Notes: generated from the sequence alone by a model not told the origin. DNA of 64,000 bases from Oceanispirochaeta sp. (GCA_963663385.2 CAXXXD010000002.1:512001-576000); one strand, 5' to 3'; counted from the first letter of the stretch, positions 46,301-55,988 are shown. Made by a program: numbers and translations.

Positions 46301-48837
46301 AGAGATTCCAGAGCAAAAAGTATCTGCTTAAGGATGTCGTGTTTCTTGTTAAGCCGGCCGTGAGACTGGAAAATATGAAAAAGTGCCTGGTTTCTGGTCC
46401 TCTTGTCCGTATCTTCCGGATGGTAGAAAGCGGTACAGCGGTTCAGGTCATTAAGAAAACCTTCCGGAAGTCCCTTCTCTCTGTCTTTATCCCGTAAAAA
46501 GTAGTGGGTCAGCATTTCCTGATAACTCATAGGTCTGGCGAAGCTGTTGTTCAGCACTTCCTTGCTGGTAAAAAGCTGTTCAACCGCTGTGTAGGCATCG
46601 AGTATACGGATCAGTTCGGGTACCAGACGTCTTTTGTAACCGCTGTTGGCCGAGGCAAAGTCAAAGAGCTGTTTGAAAGCTTTCAGGGAAGATGAACCGT
46701 AGTCGAATCCCAGGAAAACAGCATTCAGTTTTCTCAGGAGATATTTCCATTTTTCCTCGCCATCCACCTGCATGTTGTCAAAGGAGACCGGTTCGGCCGT
46801 TGCTTTTTCCTCTTCTTCCTCCTGATCCTTCAGATCAAGCATCACAAGAGCCTGACCGGCTGTAATCTGGGCGCCGTCGCCGACGCAGATTTCGCTGACC
46901 ACACCGTCCCCGGGGGATTCAACAAGCATCTCCATCTTCATGGCTTCCAGAATCAGAAGGATATCTCCCTTCTTCACCTTCTGTCCCACTTCCGTATTGA
47001 CAGACAGGACTATGGCGGGTGAGGGAGATTTGACGTATCCTCCGGAATCGCTTTCCAGCATAACCGGGTAGCCGTCGACTTCGCACTGCATCATATCGGC
47101 CCGGTTGACCATCAGGATATTGTAGCGTTTCTCATTCAGAATCAGCAGGGATTCCTGATCTCCCTTCCGGTAGCGGCAGATCAGGTCCTTGTCTTCATAA
47201 CGGATATGGAAAGTGTCTCCTCCCATATCCCGTACCTGGAACTTATAGCTGTTACCGGAACTGGTCAGGCTGATTTCGTACCCCTCGGCATTCTGCAGGG
47301 TCCGGGGACGGCCGATCCGGCTGATCTCTTCTTCGAAATTGATATAGTCTGTTCCGAACTGCCTGTAATACATTTCAACGGCACCGGCCAGGAGGGCGGC
47401 ACGGGTTTTTTCTTCCTGCTGCTCTACAATACGGGTTTTAAGCAGCTCTTCAACAAACCCTGTATGTACACCCCCTGCTTTAATCGCTTCATGATTGAGG
47501 AGTTCCAGAAGGAACGCCCGGTTGGTTGTGCCGTTATGGATATTGATCCGGAGGGCATGAAGGGCCTGTTCCAGTCTGGCCAGAGCTTCGGGCCTGGTGG
47601 GTGCGTGGGCAATTACTTTTGCTACCATGGAGTCGAACTCTGACGGTATGGTACTGCCCTGTTCAATTCCGGAATCCACACGTATCCCGGGACCGGCCGG
47701 GGCTTTAAACAGGATGATATTTCCCGGGGCCGGGCTGAAATCCCGGTCAGGATCTTCCGCATTCAGCCGGACTTCCGCAACAGCCCCCATGGGGATTCTG
47801 TCTGCCAGATCCAGTTTTTTTCCTCTGGCTACATCAATCTGGCCTTTTACAAGATCCACACCGTAGAGGGTTTCCGTGATGGGGTGTTCCACCTGAAGCC
47901 TGGTATTGACTTCCATAAAATAGAACTCCTTCCGGTCCAGATCGTAGAGGTATTCAACCGTACCGGCTCCGGTGTAATCCGCCGCCAGGATAAGCCGTTT
48001 GGCCGCCTCCTGCATCTCGGTCAGCATCTCTTCCGGAAGACCAACCGGGGGTGTCTCTTCAATGATTTTCTGATTTTTCCTCTGTACCGAACAGTCCCTT
48101 ACGCCAAAGGTATAAACCGCTCCGTGTCTGTCCGCCAGGGCCTGGACTTCCAGGTGTCTCCCTTTAACAACCAGAGCTTCTATAAAAACGATATCGTTTC
48201 CGGTAATACGGAGAGTCTCTTCCTGAGCGGATTTGAACTGGTGAGCCAGTTCCTCCGGGGTCCTGACAAACCGGATCCCCCGGCCTCCGCCTGCGTTGGC
48301 TGCCTTTACGATAACCGGGTATCCGATCTCTTCGGAAATCTTCCCGGCATCAGCCAGGTCCTTTACGGCTCTCTTACTCCAGGGAAGTATGGGAACATTG
48401 GCGCTGTCTGCCAGTTCCTTGGCTTCTATCTTGTCTCCCAGCAGGGACATGGCCCTGCTGGAGGGACCCATGAATACAATCCCTTTATTCTCTATTTTCT
48501 CTGCAAATACGGCGTCTTCAGAAACGAAGCCCCATCCTACCCAAATGGCATCACATTTTTTCCTGTCCAGGCCTTCGATCATCAGTTCATGATCCAGGTA
48601 GGGGGATTTCTGTTTACCCGGGAAACCGGACAGATCCGACAGGAGCAGAACATCGTCTGCCATTTTGACAAACGGGGCGTCCTCTTCCACTTCAATATAA
48701 AATGCCACTGTCTGCATATTCGTACCGTAAAGGGTGTTATATTCCCTAACGGCTCTGATAAAACGCAGGGCGGCTTCTCCCCGGTTGATAATACCGATTC
48801 TGGCATTATCTTTCAGAATGACTGTATCCTTCTGCAT
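43348..48837 (-). CDS. Single-chain multidomain biotin-dependent acyl-CoA carboxylase (BC-BCCP-central-CT), 1829 aa
   Basis: BC: NRGEAA, GWGFVSE, GGGRGIR, RDCSVQR, EVNTRLQVEH. Biotinylation motif EAMKM. CT: SSGAKI, ANLSGFDGS, GGAYVV. Confidence 0.93.
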   Translation of the reverse strand: MQKDTVILKDNARIGIINRGEAALRFIRAVREYNTLYGTNMQTVAFYIEVEEDAPFVKMADDVLLLSDLSGFPGKQKSPYLDHELMIEGLDRKKCDAIWVGWGFVSEDAVFAEKIENKGIVFMGPSSRAMSLLGDKIEAKELADSANVPILPWSKRAVKDLADAGKISEEIGYPVIVKAANAGGGRGIRFVRTPEELAHQFKSAQEETLRITGNDIVFIEALVVKGRHLEVQALADRHGAVYTFGVRDCSVQRKNQKIIEETPPVGLPEEMLTEMQEAAKRLILAADYTGAGTVEYLYDLDRKEFYFMEVNTRLQVEHPITETLYGVDLVKGQIDVARGKKLDLADRIPMGAVAEVRLNAEDPDRDFSPAPGNIILFKAPAGPGIRVDSGIEQGSTIPSEFDSMVAKVIAHAPTRPEALARLEQALHALRINIHNGTTNRAFLLELLNHEAIKAGGVHTGFVEELLKTRIVEQQEEKTRAALLAGAVEMYYRQFGTDYINFEEEISRIGRPRTLQNAEGYEISLTSSGNSYKFQVRDMGGDTFHIRYEDKDLICRYRKGDQESLLILNEKRYNILMVNRADMMQCEVDGYPVMLESDSGGYVKSPSPAIVLSVNTEVGQKVKKGDILLILEAMKMEMLVESPGDGVVSEICVGDGAQITAGQALVMLDLKDQEEEEEKATAEPVSFDNMQVDGEEKWKYLLRKLNAVFLGFDYGSSSLKAFKQLFDFASANSGYKRRLVPELIRILDAYTAVEQLFTSKEVLNNSFARPMSYQEMLTHYFLRDKDREKGLPEGFLNDLNRCTAFYHPEDTDKRTRNQALFHIFQSHGRLNKKHDILKQILFALESLPISREDHPELSGVIGRIVALTQTIDPSAADAALYARYKIIDTVTVDEIKRLQSEAIEKMLEESERNGFMDVIIDSAADIMDRLAEMALENNPKHNALGLEAMGRRLNRDREFKKGEIRSAEGLNAYFCESQNLDLNVLHKDITCVVDIEDMRESLINELVSLSGWKENITITLVIRAEKPAETAYLDKAPWTIDSRVRKLCVGWFSAKEPQFYRTFLNHENHWEEYRLARGFSPLEFRELRVIRLQNFDHTVLYKSNTVTLLESTAIENPREKRLFALASFTDPKPEWADEHNIDRMILFENAFNDAVFAMRSVQAKYKFRLQWNRIIMHNRSLANLKLKQMQNYGLNILPQTHDLGLEKIVVYTRRKRWSEDKVRELELIISNISQDQFTMRSRKPQTHALEIQDSYTGKVVRARQRNMVYPYEFLKMITYSGLPLYKGFPRGDFEEYDIEVSPDGEQTTVSVKDRIFGENRSNMVFGIIRHPHPDHKTTLERVIILSDPTKDLGSLAEPESRCVIGALDLAEERQIPVEWLPVSSGAKIDMQTGTENLDWTAAALKRIIEFTQNGGEINVIVPGVNVGAQSYWNAEATMLMHNKGILIMTDDASMLLTGKRALDFSGSVSGETNLDIGGAEKIMAPNGQSQLRARTLADAYQMLLDHYRYSYKAPGESFPPRMTTNDPANRDITKEPYNDFLDQGFETIGDIFSMYKNPDRKKPFDIRQVMSSVIDRDAGYFERWQRMKDADTSIIWETRIGGYAAGMIGIESRPLPRFGSIPHDGPEMWTGGTLFPQSSKKVARGINSFSGRMPLVILANLSGFDGSPESLRNLQLEYGAEIGRAIVNFKGPISFLVVARYHGGAYVVFSKSLNPNMRAGAVQGSFASVLGGAPAAAVVFPREVSRETYLDPRIAECRNFLDSGMCTQKDYDELFQKVYNEKQTSLGQKFDQIHSVARAKEVGSIDDVVTPETIRPYLIRSVEEGMKNCK

Positions 48838-49145
48838 AATCCTTCCTTTGCTGTTTCGGAATCATTCCGGCGCTGCAGACGCCTTCGGTTGGGATGATTC
48901 CGATTTGTTCAAAATACGGTTTTCGGTTTTTATTCGGTATACGGTTTCATGGACCCTGCATTTTTCTGCGGCCCTGACCGAATACTATCTACTCCGTCAT
49001 TATAATAGTAGAGCAGATCTTTATTTTGACATTTTTATACAATTTGTCAATATCGAAGGGGTGGATTCAGGATAAGAGACTGTGAAAAGGGGTAAGAGGA
49101 AGGGGTAAGAGGGGACGGAGCTATGTTGTTATGCCCGCAATAATC

Positions 49146-49712
49146 TTAATCCTGCTGGAAAAACTCTATTGCTTCATTGATCGATTCGGCTAATTCCCTC
49201 ATCTCGGCAGCCACAACCTTGAAGGCATCGCCTTTGTTCCCTATTTTGGCCGCCTGAATAGTACCGTTCAGAGAAAGTACCATCATGGTTTCGGCAATGT
49301 TACTGATCCGGGTAACCGCCTCCCGGCGGATAGCTTTTTCTTTATTTCTCTCTTCTTCTTTGCTGAGTATCTCTTCCACAATAACGGTTGCCATTTTCTG
49401 GAGAGGCTTGACTACTTCGGGATCCCCGCCGATGCCTATACAGCCTATAAGTTGCCCCTTATATCGGATCCGCCCGTTATAGCCGGCCTTGGCACCTTTT
49501 ATTGTCTGGACCATTTCGGGGGTAATGGCAATTTCCTTGCATTCGCCCCTCATGATTCTGGCCCCGCCTTCATGAATTGTTCCTACCCTTCTGGGATCTG
49601 CCGATGCAATAATCACACCGTTTCCGGTCATAATATTAACATCTCCGTTGGTAATTTCATGGATAATAGATACGACACGCTCGGAAAGTTCTTTACTTAA
49701 TGAATAGACCAT
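49146..49712 (-). CDS. Sugar-diacid recognition domain fused to a short MCP-signalling hairpin
   Basis: VNIM..NGVIIAS.DP.RVGTIHEG...GCIGIGGDP (CdaR N-domain), then LSLNGTIQAAKIG..GDAFKVVAAEMRELA. Confidence 0.8.
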   Translation of the reverse strand: MVYSLSKELSERVVSIIHEITNGDVNIMTGNGVIIASADPRRVGTIHEGGARIMRGECKEIAITPEMVQTIKGAKAGYNGRIRYKGQLIGCIGIGGDPEVVKPLQKMATVIVEEILSKEEERNKEKAIRREAVTRISNIAETMMVLSLNGTIQAAKIGNKGDAFKVVAAEMRELAESINEAIEFFQQD

Positions 49713-49955
49713 AATTGTACTCTTTGTAGGTTTTTAATTAGATAACTGGATGTCTGCTTATCAGACAAGTGAATTCTATCATGGGACATATGGGCTGTCA
49801 AATAGATTTACGGAAGGATCAGATGAGCAATCCAACCAATTTTGCGGCGGATTCAGAAGTCTGAAACGCTTCTCTTTCAGCTTATAAAAGCCTCCATAGA
49901 AATAATAGCCGGCATTCAGGCAAATACCGGCCTTAACAGGATTGTGACAGAAATA

Positions 49956-49988
49956 AAAAACCGTTCCGATATGCCCGGAACGGTTTTT
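49956..49988 (-). terminator. Intrinsic terminator after glnK
   Basis: aaaaaccgttccg...cggaacggttttt. Confidence 0.8.
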
Positions 49989-50018
49989 AGGTTCGTTCAG
50001 TCTGCTTACGGGGCAGAA

Positions 50019-50360
50019 TTATCCGATAGCTTTCTTACCCCGTTCTCCTGTACGGATACGGACACACTCTTTTAATTCTGTTACAAAGATTTTTCCGTCT
50101 CCTATATTCCCGGTGCGTGCTCCTTCGCAGATGGCATCTATGGTGGTCTCCAGAAAGGGTTCGCTGACGGCTATTTCTATCTGAATTTTATTTCTCAGTA
50201 TTACTTCGCTGTGTACACCGCGGAAGGATTCGTCATATCCCTTCTGCTGTCCGCATCCTTTTGCGGAGGTCACGGTCATTTTATGAACATCCGCTTCGAA
50301 GAGGGCTTTCTTCACATCTTCGAATTTCTGGGGTTGAACCAGGGCGGTAATTAAATACAT
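50019..50360 (-). CDS. glnK: P-II nitrogen regulatory protein
   Basis: KGCGQQKG T-loop, ARTGNIGDGKIFV, RIRTGE; adjacent to amtB. Confidence 0.92.
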   Translation of the reverse strand: MYLITALVQPQKFEDVKKALFEADVHKMTVTSAKGCGQQKGYDESFRGVHSEVILRNKIQIEIAVSEPFLETTIDAICEGARTGNIGDGKIFVTELKECVRIRTGERGKKAIG

Positions 50361-50388
50361 ATTCTCTTTTCTCCTATTCCAAGGGGAT

Positions 50389-51717
50389 TTAATCTATAAT
50401 CTGAAAGCCGTAGTAGGATTCCAGTCCGTGTTCGCCTATATCCAGTCCCAGGTTCTCTTCATCCCGGGTTACCCTAAGACCAATGGTCAGATCAATCACC
50501 TTGAAAATCGTACCCATGGTAATAAGGACAAAGGTTATTATAGACGCGATACCCAACAGCTGGATGCCGAGCTGGGCAAATCCTCCGCCGTAAATCAGTC
50601 CGTCAGAGGGAAGCCCAAGGGATGATTTCCCGAATATCCCTATGGCGAGGGTTCCCCATATGCCGTTAACGCCATGAACGGGAAAGGCTCCGACCGGATC
50701 ATCGATTTTCATTTTGTCCAGACTGAGAGCAACCAGTACGACCAGCACACCGCCTATGGCTCCAATCGTGATAGCAGCCCAGGGATCAATAAAGGCACAG
50801 GGCGCTGTTACAGCCACCAGTCCGGCCAGGGCACCGTTCAAAGCCATGGAAAGGTCCGGTTTACCTGAAAACTTCCATATGGTAATCATAGCCAGAATTC
50901 CGCCGGCTGCCGCTGCCAGGTTGGTATTGATGGCTACCCGGGCAATCAGATCTCCGTTTCCGACAGAGAGAGTTGATCCGGGGTTAAAGCCGAACCAGCC
51001 GAACCAGAGGATAAAAACTCCCAGAGCCGCCAGTGGGATATTGTGACCTGCAATCATTTTAACTGATCCGTCCGGTCTGTATTTTCCGGTCCGGGGTTTC
51101 AGCATTATTGTTCCAACCAGAGCTGCAACGCCCCCTGTGGTATGAACAACACCGGAGCCGGCAAAATCATTGAATCCAATGGCTGCCAGCCATCCGCCGC
51201 CCCAGACCCAGTGTCCGATTATGGGATAGATAAAGGCTGAAATAAGGAAAGAATAGATCAGGTAGGCCTGAAACTTCATCCGTTCGGCCATTCCTCCCGC
51301 AACAATTGTGGCGGCGGCTCCGCAGAAGGCCGCCTGAAAAAGCCAGAACGCAAAGAGGGGGACTCCGGCAGGGGTTTCTGCGCCTTTCATAAACCAGCCG
51401 GTCAGGCCCAGAAAGCCATTCCCGGTGCCGAACATGAGAGCATAGCCAAAGAGAAAATATCCCAGAGAGGCCATACAGAAGTCCAGAAAGTTTTTGGTCA
51501 GGATGTTAGTTGTATTCTTTGCTCTGATAAACCCGGCTTCAACCATCCCGAAACCGGCCTGCATGAAAAATACAAGAAAAGCGGCAAAAAGAACCCAGAA
51601 TGTATTCAGGCCCCTGATAATATCCGTCATACCGGCATCCGCGGCAGAAAGGAACGAAACCGGAAGGATTAGCAGCAGTGCCATTAATCCTCCTCTACCT
51701 CTTAAAAAAGTCTTCAT
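50389..51717 (-). CDS. amtB: Ammonium transporter
   Basis: FMQAGF, FQAAF, AERMK, DFAGSGVVH, LWFGWFGFN, DDPVGAFPVHG. Start at 51717 has a GGAG RBS. Confidence 0.95.
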   Translation of the reverse strand: MKTFLRGRGGLMALLLILPVSFLSAADAGMTDIIRGLNTFWVLFAAFLVFFMQAGFGMVEAGFIRAKNTTNILTKNFLDFCMASLGYFLFGYALMFGTGNGFLGLTGWFMKGAETPAGVPLFAFWLFQAAFCGAAATIVAGGMAERMKFQAYLIYSFLISAFIYPIIGHWVWGGGWLAAIGFNDFAGSGVVHTTGGVAALVGTIMLKPRTGKYRPDGSVKMIAGHNIPLAALGVFILWFGWFGFNPGSTLSVGNGDLIARVAINTNLAAAAGGILAMITIWKFSGKPDLSMALNGALAGLVAVTAPCAFIDPWAAITIGAIGGVLVVLVALSLDKMKIDDPVGAFPVHGVNGIWGTLAIGIFGKSSLGLPSDGLIYGGGFAQLGIQLLGIASIITFVLITMGTIFKVIDLTIGLRVTRDEENLGLDIGEHGLESYYGFQIID

Positions 51718-51757
51718 TGTTTTGTGTTCTCCAGAAATTGAGTTTGATTTATTAAAA

Positions 51758-51773
51758 TGCAAATTATGTACCA
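51758..51773 (-). promoter_or_regulatory. Sigma54 (-24/-12) promoter candidate for amtB-glnK
   Basis: Minus strand TGGTAC-ATAAT-TTGCA, GG-N10-GC spacing exact, ~40 bp upstream of the amtB start. Confidence 0.75.
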
Positions 51774-52054
51774 AATCCTTTGTCAACTTATCGCTGATGG
51801 AGGAGCGAGAGGGGGTAAGTCTTTTTTTTAGCAGGATATACAGAATTCTATATTTTCTCTCTATCTTCAATTCGATGGAAGGGGCAGGCGGTAAAAATGA
51901 GGAATTATGTTACATTTAAGTTGGTTTTCTATATTTATCCTACAAAAGTGTATGAATCTGGACGTGGCTTAATCCATTGAGAGGATTTTTCTTTTAAAGG
52001 GTGCTGAACCGGTATATAGTATTGAAAATGCTCAATTAATACTGGAGTTGATTT

Positions 52055-53215
52055 ATGGAGAAGTTAAACAGTTTCGAATTTCTGAATACTCAGATCGGAT
52101 TTATTACAGAGTGTGTAGAACCGATCAACGGTGTTTTGTCATTTCGGGATGCCATGAGTTATTTTGAAGGAAATGACGAACTTGAAGCAATTCCTGTGGA
52201 AATTGAAAGCGGGTATGGGATACTGAGCCGGGACTATCTGGAACGGAATAAAGTCTCCGTTCTGAATATGAGTAAGGCGATTTCATCTTTTAACCTGATC
52301 AACAGCTCTTCCAGGAGTTTTAACAGCCGGGAAAATGTCCGGAAAATATTTATTGATATTGCCAAAACAGAGGCTGATGAACAGCGTTTCTATATTGTCT
52401 ACCATAACAATAATTTGTTTGGTGTAGTCAGTCTGCATAATATAATCAGACATATATCGGATCTTCAGGAGTGGGAGATCAACCATGCCCGTTCCATCCA
52501 GAAAAGTATCCTCAGGGAAAACCTGATACAGGGGAAGGGGTTCAAGGTTCAGTCAGATATCCGCTGGGCCCATGATCTGGGTGGTGATTATTATTACTCG
52601 GCAGCTATCACGGAGAATCTTTCTCTGGTTTCCTGTTTCGATGTGGAAAGCGATCATATGACCGCGTCTTTAGTGAGTGTGATGATTGATTCCTATTTTA
52701 AAACCCGTTCTCTTATGGAGAACTTTGAAAAGGAGGATGTGGAGAAGCTGATTCTTTCCCTTAACAGTTTTCTGCTGGGACAGCTTCCGGAAGACAGTTC
52801 TGTTTCTGCCATTTTTCTGTTTATCAGGCAGGATGAAAGAAAGGTCTATCTATACAATTTTGCCTATACAGCTCCTTTTTTAATCCTCTCGGAGGAAGGT
52901 AAGATACGGGCAAAAAGGATTGCTCCCCAGTATCATCCCCTGGGGAAGGAGGATATTGTCATTTTCAGGGAAGCTCCGCAAATCTACAGTATGGAGAATC
53001 TGCATCATATTTTTATTTATTCTGATGGGATGCGGGACTGTGTCAACGCTTTCGGCGAGCATTTTGGTATGGATCGTATTCAGGAGTGTCTTATTAAGAA
53101 TTTCAAACTGATGGGGGACGGTTTCCTGGACATCCTGGCTAAGGAGATAGATGAATTCCGCCATGACACACCTCTTGTTGATGATATCGCCAGTCTGATT
53201 GTCAACTTTGAATAA
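52055..53215 (+). CDS. SpoIIE/PP2C-like phosphatase domain protein with CBS-like N-terminus
   Basis: ARSIQ, LGGDYY, FDV, YSDG, FGMDRI, DDIASL. Confidence 0.8.
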   Translation: MEKLNSFEFLNTQIGFITECVEPINGVLSFRDAMSYFEGNDELEAIPVEIESGYGILSRDYLERNKVSVLNMSKAISSFNLINSSSRSFNSRENVRKIFIDIAKTEADEQRFYIVYHNNNLFGVVSLHNIIRHISDLQEWEINHARSIQKSILRENLIQGKGFKVQSDIRWAHDLGGDYYYSAAITENLSLVSCFDVESDHMTASLVSVMIDSYFKTRSLMENFEKEDVEKLILSLNSFLLGQLPEDSSVSAIFLFIRQDERKVYLYNFAYTAPFLILSEEGKIRAKRIAPQYHPLGKEDIVIFREAPQIYSMENLHHIFIYSDGMRDCVNAFGEHFGMDRIQECLIKNFKLMGDGFLDILAKEIDEFRHDTPLVDDIASLIVNFE

Positions 53216-53393
53216 GGGGCTGTTTCTTTAGTGATCCCCTGAACTGCAATCCATAGAGACCTTCTCTCATCAATTCTCCGGGAATCCCAAAGCAGTCTTT
53301 GGGTCTTGTCATCTCACTATTGCCACATCTTTAATAACAATGTAAATGGATCGGGAGGAAATCCTTGTAAAATCATTCTATAATATGAACTAG

Positions 53394-55988
53394 ATGAGAT
53401 TAAACCATATTCTGCCCATTGTGATTCAGGCTGTTGCTTTACTGATTTCCGTTACGGCTCAGGATGATTATGGCAACAGGCATATTCTTTATCTCAACTC
53501 CTATGATAGCAGAATGAGCTGGGTCAAGGATATTGAACAGGCAATCGAAGAGGTTCTGGAGCCGGATTTCAGAAACTTGATCCTCTATATAGAAAATATG
53601 GATTCCAAAGTATTTCATACAGATGAATATTATGAAGCATATGGTCACTATTTTAGGACCAAGTACAGAGATCTGGATTTATCTCTTATTCTCTGTTCTG
53701 ATAATAATGCTTTTGATTTTGTTAAAAAATACGGGAGTGAGTTGTTTTCCGGAACACCTGTTGTATTCTGCGGAGTGAATGATTTTAATCAGACAATGAT
53801 ACAGGATCTGCCGAATTTTACAGGTGTGGCTGAGATCTTTTCGGTTGAGGATACCCTCGATTTCGCCCTGAAGATGCACCCCCGGACTGAAGAGATTTTT
53901 ATTATTAATGATTACCTTTCAACAGGGCGATCCTGGCAGCAGGATATAGAGAAACGCCTGAAGTATCTTGAGAGGCAGGTAGATATCAGGTATTCCGAAA
54001 ATATGAGCATGGAAGAACTGCTGAAGACCATTTCGTCTCTTCAGGAGAGAACGATTATCCTCTTGGGGGTGTATTTTTCCGATCGGGACGGCCGCTTTTC
54101 CACATATGAAAAAACCGGAAGAATGATATCAGAAGCAAGTAATGTCCCTCTCTACTGCCTGCTGGAATTCAATATAGGGTATGGCGCAATCGGAGGGAAG
54201 GTTATAAACGGGTACAGCCAGGGTTATGCCATGGCTCAGCTGGCAGATCGAGTCCTTGATGGAGAGTCTCCTTCAGCTATTCCTATCGTTCAGGAAGAAG
54301 CCAATCGTTTTATTTTTGATTATATCAGTCTGAAAAAATATGGTATCAGTCTGGAGAATCTGCCTCCTGATAGTCTTATCCTGAATCGTCCCTATTCCGT
54401 ATTTGATGAATACCGGAATGAAATTCTGACAGTCATTGCCTTGATAAGTATACTTATTGTCACTGTTATTTTTCTTATCTTTAATGTTTTAAGGAAGAAG
54501 CAGGCTGAACAATCCCTTAAGCAACTGGCTGAAGCCAGCTGGGAGGGAATTATTATCCATTGTAACGGGGTTGCCCTTCAGTTCAACGATATGTTTCTTA
54601 AAATTTTCGGTTATGAACGGCGGGAGATCGAAGGACAGCCTGTTCTGGAAAAAATATTTGCTTCTGAGTTTCTTGATGAGGTAAGTGAGAGGATAAAGAG
54701 TAATAATTCAGATCCCTATGAAGCAATTGGAGTGCGAAAAGGAGGAGAGACTTTTCCTATTGAAATCCGTCTTAGAATTATGGAATATCGGGGACAATCT
54801 GCCAGGGTTGCTGCCATCCGGGATCTGACGGATCAGAAAAAGATGGAAGAACGCTTTCGTCAATCACAGAAGATGCAGGCAATTGGTACTCTGGCGGGTG
54901 GAATTGCCCATGACTTTAACAACATTCTGAGTGCTGTTATAGGATATGCCGACCTGGGATTGCTGGCAGAAAAATCCGATTCCCGCTGCGGAGGGTACTT
55001 TGAACAGATTCTGAAAGCCGGGAAAAGGGCACGAGATCTGGTAAAACAGATTCTGACCTTCAGCCGTCAGTCCAATCAGGAGAAACAGTTCATCAATTTC
55101 GGTGTCATCATCAAGGAAACCATTGAGATGCTCAAAGCATCCATGCCCTCCACCATTCAGATACAAAAAGAGATTGACTCATCCCTTTGTGTCCTGGCCA
55201 ATCCCGTACAGCTTCAGCAGATTGTCATGAATCTCGGAACAAATGCAAAGCTGGCAATGGAGGAGCATGGGGGGATTCTGGAGGTAGAATTGAAAGAAGC
55301 TGTGTTAGACGGTAATCCTGTTTCGCCGGGAGTCGATCTTCCTCCGGGCCGGTATGCTCAGCTTATTGTCAGAGATAACGGCTGCGGAATGGATGATGAG
55401 ACTCTTCAGCGGGTTTTTGAACCTTTTTTTACCACCCGGGAGCAGGGGAAAGGCACAGGAATGGGACTCTCCGTTGTTCATGGTCTGGTTTCCGAGATGA
55501 AAGGGAATATTCATGTTTATAGTACGGTCGGTACCGGAACAACCTTCAATATCTTACTGCCGGCCTGTTCGGGAGAGCAAATCGGGATGGAAGAGGCAGG
55601 TTGTGGCAATGTGATGGGCGGATCGGAACGAATCCTTTTTGTGGATGATGAAATCTTTCAGGTCAATCTCGCCAGAGAACTGCTGGGAATCCTCGGTTAT
55701 AGCGTTACCGCAACAACCAGCAGCAGGGAAGCTTTGGAGATAATCCGGAAAAATCCTGAAGGATACGATCTGGTAATCAGTGACGTAACAATGCCTGAGA
55801 TGACCGGTGATATTCTGGTGGGAAAGATTCGGGGAATCCGGAAGGATTTACCCATTCTGATCAGTTCGGGATACAGTGAAAGGATTACGGCAAAAAAACT
55901 TGAAGAACTGGGTGTCCAGGAGTTTGTTATGAAACCGCTGCTGCTGAAGGAATTGGCAGAGAAAATCCGTTCTGCTCTCGGTGAATAG
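53394..55988 (+). CDS. Hybrid sensor histidine kinase (periplasmic binding domain-TM-PAS-HisKA-HATPase-REC)
   Basis: QKMQAIGTLAGGIAHDFNNIL, MNLGTNA, DNGCG, FEPFFTT, GTGMGL, VDDE, SDVTMP. Confidence 0.95.
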   Translation: MRLNHILPIVIQAVALLISVTAQDDYGNRHILYLNSYDSRMSWVKDIEQAIEEVLEPDFRNLILYIENMDSKVFHTDEYYEAYGHYFRTKYRDLDLSLILCSDNNAFDFVKKYGSELFSGTPVVFCGVNDFNQTMIQDLPNFTGVAEIFSVEDTLDFALKMHPRTEEIFIINDYLSTGRSWQQDIEKRLKYLERQVDIRYSENMSMEELLKTISSLQERTIILLGVYFSDRDGRFSTYEKTGRMISEASNVPLYCLLEFNIGYGAIGGKVINGYSQGYAMAQLADRVLDGESPSAIPIVQEEANRFIFDYISLKKYGISLENLPPDSLILNRPYSVFDEYRNEILTVIALISILIVTVIFLIFNVLRKKQAEQSLKQLAEASWEGIIIHCNGVALQFNDMFLKIFGYERREIEGQPVLEKIFASEFLDEVSERIKSNNSDPYEAIGVRKGGETFPIEIRLRIMEYRGQSARVAAIRDLTDQKKMEERFRQSQKMQAIGTLAGGIAHDFNNILSAVIGYADLGLLAEKSDSRCGGYFEQILKAGKRARDLVKQILTFSRQSNQEKQFINFGVIIKETIEMLKASMPSTIQIQKEIDSSLCVLANPVQLQQIVMNLGTNAKLAMEEHGGILEVELKEAVLDGNPVSPGVDLPPGRYAQLIVRDNGCGMDDETLQRVFEPFFTTREQGKGTGMGLSVVHGLVSEMKGNIHVYSTVGTGTTFNILLPACSGEQIGMEEAGCGNVMGGSERILFVDDEIFQVNLARELLGILGYSVTATTSSREALEIIRKNPEGYDLVISDVTMPEMTGDILVGKIRGIRKDLPILISSGYSERITAKKLEELGVQEFVMKPLLLKELAEKIRSALGE

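Noticed and set aside
43972..48897. 614-aa, 337-aa and other plus-strand ORFs
   Set aside because: Antisense shadows of the carboxylase gene.
49087..49112. Tandem aaggggtaagagg x2
   Set aside because: Only two purine-rich units and no other support for a function.
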